A stretch of 64,000 bases of DNA from Klebsormidium nitens (Eukaryota; Plantae; Klebsormidiophyceae), in contig DF237183.1 in the NCBI GenBank assembly GCA_000708835.1, positions 68,791 to 132,790 of the forward strand, given 5' to 3'. Positions 58,280 to 64,000 of this stretch are shown one piece after another. Both the position numbers and the translations under genes were made by a program. Below the pieces are notes generated by a model. It had not been told where the DNA came from and made no database searches. It saw only the letters and a list, made by a program, of their open reading frames with translations. Each line of letters opens with the position of its first letter. Within the stretch, counting starts at the first letter, position 1.

Positions 58280-59908
58280 TCCCGGTGCATGGCGAGTCAT
58301 TCTTCCCCCCGACCACGTCGCTTGGGTTGACTCGCTGTTACCTTTTCGACCGTTAAAAGTCGAAAAGTGGGATAGGTGGTTAGGCGCAGACTTAGATAGG
58401 GACTTTCTATTATATCTCGTCGAACACGGATTGTGTCTTTTAGACGAGTCGGTTCGAATTGAACCGTACAGATGTCGAAATTATAGTTCGGTGACGCAGT
58501 TTAGATCCCAGGTCTTGTCCGCATTGGAACCAGACTTGATTAATCACCGGATTTTTCGCCCCCCGATTGGGATTTTCGTCGAACTTCGTGCATGCGATCG
58601 GTGCAGTCCCGAAAACTGTGGATTCCGTACGAGTTATTCATGACCTGAGCCGCCTGATTGGCCGGTCCCTTAATGATCACATGACGCAGGTCGGTTTCAA
58701 ATTTCAGACATTAGACGACGCCATCGAATTGATGGCGCCAGGGTGCTATATGGCGAAGGTAGATATCGAGGGGGCTTATCGACATGTACCAATCGACCCC
58801 CTCGATTGGGATAAGCTTGCTTTCATGCACCCAGACGGCTACGAAGTTTTCGACGGATTTTTGGCTTTTGGAGCGAATTTTGCGTGCGAAGTGTTCAACC
58901 GCATTGGTTTGGCTGTTAAACGGATTATGGCACGCCTGGGGATTCGCTGTATCGTACAGTACGTTGATGACTTTTTGATTGTCGCATCTTCTGAAAGCGA
59001 TGCATGGCGCGCATATTTTGCGCTTCGTGCATTGCTCCGTTCTTTAGGCCCATTTGCGGTGAATATGAAGGTGCATAAGTCGGTTCCTCCTGCTCAGATT
59101 TGCACCTTCTTGGGTATTTGCTTAGATTCGGTGCGCATGGAAGCCCGTTTGGACGACGCCAAATTGGCGTCCACCATAGATTTACTGCAGCGCGCATTGC
59201 GCAAAAAGGCGATTAAACGCAGAGACTTAGAAAGCATAGCGGGCAAACTGAATTGGATTGCCCAGGTCGTTTACGGGGGTCGGACCTTTCTTCGTCGAAT
59301 CATTGATTCACTGAATTCACAGTGTCCGGCACCCCTCTCATTTTATCCAAATCTCGGGGGGCCTTCGTCAGGATTTAGAATGGTACCGGGATTTTTTGCC
59401 TACTTTTAACGGTTGCACCGCGTTGGTTTCAGCCAGGCCACTTTCCCCGTTACAATTTTCTACTGACGCGTCTTCGTCGTATGGGTATGGGGCTTTCTTA
59501 CAGGGCGGATATGTGTCTTTGTCATTTCAGGCTGCCGCCCGGTTATATCCGGACGCCCCCCCTCCTTCGGCTCCTATTCATGTTCACGAAGTATTTGCGC
59601 TGTTAATTGCATGTCGCACTTGGCCCGATGCATTATCGGGGCTTTTTCTCTGCTGTCGCATTGACAACCGGGTCGTCGTTTCAGCTGTTAACAAGGGTAC
59701 AGCCAAGGGGGAGTTCGGGCCTTTGATGATGGGTTATCTTCGTGAGTTGTTTTGGTTATCGGCGACTTTTGATTTTCGATTGACTGCCCGGTACATTTCC
59801 TCGAAGGATAATATTCTGTCTGACGCATTAAGTCGAAATGACTGGGCCGTTTTTAACATGCAGCTTCGTCGATACATTGTCGACCGTGCCGGAGCGCTGC
59901 ATAATTGA
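58242..59908 (+). CDS. pol: Reverse transcriptase-RNase H ORF2, with two apparent +1 frameshifts (about 58560 and about 59323)
   Basis: In-frame ATG at 58242 overlaps the gag end. RT motifs RVIHDLS, AKVDIEGAYRHVP, FGANFA, YVDD and FLG. RNase H motifs TDAS..GYGA, HEVFA, IDN and NILSDALSR. Confidence 0.92.
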
Positions 59909-60940
59909 GTGCTTCTCTGCATCATTTTCCGTGCAGCGCGCGTGTCAGAGTACCAGGCCACGTTGGACGCGCACACCCACGTGTACCTGACGCAGTGGTT
60001 GGCGCAATCCAGTGACGTGGCGTACAGTTCGTATGTACGCTACTGGGTACAATTCTGCGCGTACTTTGGAGTACCGGCCATCAACCCGTCGGAATTCGAC
60101 TTATGCCGGTACGTATCCTATCTGGCGCTTACTTGCGCTTATAAAACAATCAAAAATTACCTACAGGGTGTGCGCATTGTGCACCGGGAGCTGAATCTTC
60201 CTAACCCGGTCCAGGATAAATTTAACCTGGACCGGTGCCTGCGCGGAATTCGTAGGGTGAAAGGCGACTCGGTTAACCGCAAATTCGCGGTCACCCCTGG
60301 GATGCTTGCCCGGTTTGCAGGCTTGATGGATTTTTCAGTATCGGCCGAATTGGCCATCTTTTCTGCGATGCTTGTTGCCTTTTTTGGAACTTTTCGAAAG
60401 GGCAACGTCACGATTGATGCTCGGCAGTTGTCAGAAAATGTGACCTTTTTTCGCCGTTGCGACATGCACCTCGCGCCCGACGATTCAGTGGCCTGGGTCG
60501 TCGTACGGCAGACAAAAACTATTCAATATTTTGAGCGCGAATTGCGCATTCCGTTGGTCGCAATCCCGGGCTCCGATTTGTGCCCGGTTCGCGCGTTGCG
60601 GCGTCTGTTCGCCGCGGTACCCGCCCCACCGGTCGCCCACGCGTTCAGCTACATGTCTCCGCGCGGCGCCCGGCTTCATCTCACGCACCAGGTGTTCGTC
60701 GCGCGCTTCAAATCTTTGGTGAGCCAAATTGGCCTGAACGCGGCTTTATATTCTGGCCATAGTTTTCGACGGGGGGGGGCGACATTTGCGTTTTCACTTG
60801 GCGTCCCTGCCGAGTTGATTCAGCTTCAGGGTGACTGGCGCTCTGACGCATACTTGATATATTTAGTCATTTCGTCTCGGCAGAAATCTCAGGTCACGTC
60901 GTCCATGTCCGCCGCCATTTTAAACGGTTGCTTGGGGTAG
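59909..60940 (+). CDS. Tyrosine recombinase ORF3 (no AUG before residue 132)
   Basis: N-terminal core-binding-like segment LAQSSDVAYSSYVRYWVQFC. Catalytic set FRKG (R), TKT (K), GHSFRRG (H-x-x-R), GDWRSDAYLIY (W, Y). Uninterrupted for 343 codons. Confidence 0.93.
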   Translation: MLLCIIFRAARVSEYQATLDAHTHVYLTQWLAQSSDVAYSSYVRYWVQFCAYFGVPAINPSEFDLCRYVSYLALTCAYKTIKNYLQGVRIVHRELNLPNPVQDKFNLDRCLRGIRRVKGDSVNRKFAVTPGMLARFAGLMDFSVSAELAIFSAMLVAFFGTFRKGNVTIDARQLSENVTFFRRCDMHLAPDDSVAWVVVRQTKTIQYFERELRIPLVAIPGSDLCPVRALRRLFAAVPAPPVAHAFSYMSPRGARLHLTHQVFVARFKSLVSQIGLNAALYSGHSFRRGGATFAFSLGVPAELIQLQGDWRSDAYLIYLVISSRQKSQVTSSMSAAILNGCLG

Positions 60941-61151
60941 GCTTAGGGGTGCATATTGCGCCCCTTTCGCTTTGAGGCATTGGACAGAGCTTAGAAATTA
61001 ACCTAGTGTAGTTAGTCGAATTGACTCAAATATCATCTAGGTTAATTACGCGGCTCAGCCCACGATTTCCACCAAGCCCCGTCCCACTCATCTCATCCAG
61101 TCAGTATGATGTTGTTGTGTCATATGATTCATGCGTAGTGCAATCCATGAG

Positions 61152-61473
61152 TTAATTGATTATAGAGTTAGACGGTATAATCAAAGGCTCACGATAAACG
61201 GAGCCAAATAAATGCGCGAGCGAATTGCTCGCGACATCAATTCCTATCTACAGGTCCCCAGGTACTGCACCCCGTGCGTATCGCGCCAGCTGTTGCCAAC
61301 ACGACGCCACGCCCAGTGCACTTCCCCCAGCTGTCCCGCCAGCGCGACCGCGAGCATCCATTGCATGCACGCGCAAATCAAGGCGGGATCGGCCGACGTC
61401 GCATCAGCCAGGCGAAGATTGAAGACCGGGCGAGCATAACGTAGTGCAGATTGCAATGTAGTGAATGACTAAG
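61152..61473 (+). repeat. Right terminal direct repeat A2 (322 bp)
   Basis: Near-identical to 56302-56621; similarity ends after GACTAAG. Confidence 0.95.
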
Positions 61474-63144
61474 AGATCACAAAATCTGGAATATTAGGTA
61501 CCACAGTAGTACCTAGATGGTTCTTATGTGTTAGTTCCCCGGCCGGGGCCTGTGATGGGTACTTTCAAATGCCCTGTGTTGTCATCCATTGCGATACCTC
61601 TGGGTCCCGGGGTAGGTTACTGGTACCTAAAATCCATTTTAACCGTAGTACAGCAGTATATCGGCTGCCCTACACCGGACCATCACCTCAGTGCTAATTC
61701 AAGGACACAGGGAGTCCTGACACGACAATTGAAGTGTCAAATATCCGCGGCAAGTTTTCCGTAGGTACCTAACCCGCTTCATCCTGCAGACTGCAGATAA
61801 CCCGCTTCATCCCGTTCTGAGGCCGTTCTGTTGGGCGGCACTGTAACATTCCGTTACCGGTATACCGTTGAGCGGACTGAGTGCAGTTTTCCCTAGGACT
61901 ACTACTAGTGCCTACGGGAAATTGGCTTTCCGACGCGAACGGCTTGAAGTTTAACGGTAGGTATGACTACCCTACTACGTAAGCACAGAAGCTCGTAAGT
62001 TAGAGTACTAGAGAGTCACTGGTCGACCGGGGGCCGGGACAGCCGGGAGTTGTTGAGGCAATCCGAAACCGTCTAGCACCTATCAGTGGTCCTGCATCTC
62101 GAATACTCTCAGTCTGCCAGGGCCGCATCCGACGATGCCAATCTGGCCAATGCCGCATGTGAGCACTCAGTGGTGCGGGCCGCGGCATGCCTCTAAGTTG
62201 AGTCTGGCATTGCCATATTTCAAAATCAAGTCATGAAGCCTGATAGAGAGATGAATCGATAAAGCATCATCATGTACCTTAGATCCATGCAAGTTGACTT
62301 CAGCGGCAAGTATTGACGCGCTATAATACGCGTGACGTCTATGAGTTGACTTGGAGCGGGCCGCCGCCTCAATCATGATGCGATCAACCGCAATATTATA
62401 TCCAATGATGTACTTTTGGTAGTGACCGGGCAGTGACCATTTTCACTGTGGTGCTTGACTTCAGGTCCCGGCCCATGTGCTGTTACGATCCGTGTGGCAT
62501 ATCCATTCGGACGGCCTCGTATCAATTCTGTTCGGCAAGACTTATCCAATAGGGTAGTTGAATATCTGTTGTGAACCGCTGTTCTGAAGATTCTGAGCTA
62601 CATTCATTTGTTGCCTCAGTCTACTAGTTGTCACCCGTACCCATGTGCACTACCGGACACGTGGTATATCTGGATGTACACGTATCAGTCGGCGCGCGCA
62701 TTGGACGCGACGACTCACACGTGACACAAATGCATATCATTGGATGATGATGTATGACGGGATGACTCGACTCAGCTCTGTCTAGACTTAACAATGCGGC
62801 CAAGTCTCATGTACTGATTACTGTGTTCGACTAAGTACCTGATAGGAATGCCAACCTGGGTGTGTAGTACGTTCTGTACGTATTGAACCAGAAAGGATGG
62901 CCTTGAGGGAGAAGGTCAAGGAACAAGGTCACACTTCTGTGCTGATCTGAAGTAAGCAGTTTTTACGAGAGCGCAGCTGGTGAGCGAGACAAGGGCTTCC
63001 GCAAGTGCATTCTGATCCGCTATAGGGCCAGCGTAGCCTTATAGGCCTGTAGCGTATCACTGGTATCAGAGGTTTTTCTTTTTCCTTCTTCCTGAGGAAA
63101 GGGCCCCTTTTCCTTGCTTCCAGCTTAGAAAAAGCTCCTACTGC

Positions 63145-63618
63145 ATGTCTGAGCACTCCGCTTCTGAAAGCGAGGGTGGGTCTGGTTGGTCTGCACCGCC
63201 TTCCCCCGGTGACGAGGAAGAGAAATGGTATAGGATTTCAAACTGCAACTGGGAGCAAACCCTCTCTGGTGGGTTTAGGGCCATCAGGCCAGAAGGGCCT
63301 CCCTCCTTCCCCGTCTGTGTATACCTGCTTATGTGGAATATCACTACCCACCAGCAGGAGATAGATACGTGTGCTGCGGTTAACAAGGAAGGTACGATCT
63401 TCGACGTGGAGTGGAAGCTGGGGCTGCATAGGTCGGGCGTCTGCTTGGGGAGGCTGGCCTGCCCGGTCAGCAGGGAGGACCTGATCTCTTGGGGAGAGGA
63501 TCCGGACCAGCCGGGCCGGAACGACGGGGACAGGGTCTTCCGGAAGCCGGACCTTAGGGTGGCAGACCTCCAGGAGTACTTCATTGATAACCAGCTCTTT
63601 AGGATAGTCTGGTTGTAG
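63145..63618 (+). CDS. Hypothetical intronless protein, 157 aa
   Basis: ATG-initiated ORF with globular-looking composition (WYRISNCNW...IFDVEWKLG). No family recognised. Confidence 0.5.
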   Translation: MSEHSASESEGGSGWSAPPSPGDEEEKWYRISNCNWEQTLSGGFRAIRPEGPPSFPVCVYLLMWNITTHQQEIDTCAAVNKEGTIFDVEWKLGLHRSGVCLGRLACPVSREDLISWGEDPDQPGRNDGDRVFRKPDLRVADLQEYFIDNQLFRIVWL

Positions 63619-63697
63619 ATAGGAACATTCATACATTGTGTATAGCATACACATTGTAATTAGACCATTCCCCCATCCTGTTGTTTCTCTCTCACCC

Positions 63698-64000
63698 ATG
63701 AGCGCTGGCAAAGATTTTGAGACTGCATTGTCCTCATTAATCTCGCGGGTTGCTCTTCTGGAGATTGAAACGGGGGTAAAGAAAAAGGCCCAGTCTTTCT
63801 CTGTTGGGTCTGTCTCGGTTCGTATCGCTGCTGGTCATGAGAGTTCTGTTGCTGTTTACGTCACGCCTATGCAATTGCGTTCAGCTTCTGTTGAAGCATC
63901 TGTACAAACACAGCCAGCTTCTGAGGCGATGGCACCTTCTGCTGCTGTTACCGCTTTCCTGACTGAGTGGGCTTCTGCTGATGGTGAAGATGCTCGCATT
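63698..64000 (+). CDS. Hypothetical intronless ORF, truncated by the window edge
   Basis: MSAGKDFETALSSLISRVALLEIETG... is open to base 64000. Many codons end in T, unlike the GC3-rich host exons. Confidence 0.5.
   Translation, partial: MSAGKDFETALSSLISRVALLEIETGVKKKAQSFSVGSVSVRIAAGHESSVAVYVTPMQLRSASVEASVQTQPASEAMAPSAAVTAFLTEWASADGEDARI

Larger units (their letters stand above)
56302..61473 (+). mobile_element. Tyrosine-recombinase (DIRS-order) retrotransposon, Ngaro-like ORF content, 5.17 kb
   Basis: gag with a Cys/His finger, RT-RNaseH and YR ORFs lie between two about 98% identical 320-bp direct repeats. No TSD and no TG...CA ends. No methyltransferase domain after RNase H. Confidence 0.93.

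Noticed and set aside
56302-61473. Reading the element as a Ty3/Ty1 LTR retrotransposon because of its direct repeats
   Set aside because: No DDE integrase or protease, no TG...CA, PBS, PPT or TSD; it encodes a tyrosine recombinase and a DIRS-type RT.

Overview
Intron-rich eukaryotic genomic DNA. The gene content (PIFI, group IV CDPK, PTB-type phosphate symporter, hybrid histidine kinase) and the GC-rich short exons suggest a streptophyte green alga, Klebsormidium-like (inference). I assembled six multi-exon genes by hand from GT-AG junctions with consistent phases: a CPK28-like CDPK (minus, runs off the left edge), a soluble PAS-HisKA-HATPase-REC hybrid histidine kinase with a FixL-like PAS, a CCHCR1/HCR-like coiled-coil gene, an unidentified coiled-coil gene head-to-head with it, PIFI, and a PiT/PTB phosphate transporter. 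There is also a Gly-rich repeat protein gene, a TA-flanked MITE and several tandem duplications. The right end holds a near-intact 5.2-kb tyrosine-recombinase (DIRS-order, Ngaro-like) retrotransposon. It is bounded by two 320-bp direct repeats with no B2 repeat. Its recombinase ORF follows the RT-RNaseH stop in frame, has no AUG and is preceded by an acceptor-like tract. A second recurring oddity: three unrelated genes carry stacked tandem copies of a 3' splice site plus exon start inside an intron. All family assignments come from motifs recalled from memory, with no database searches, and exon models lack RNA support.
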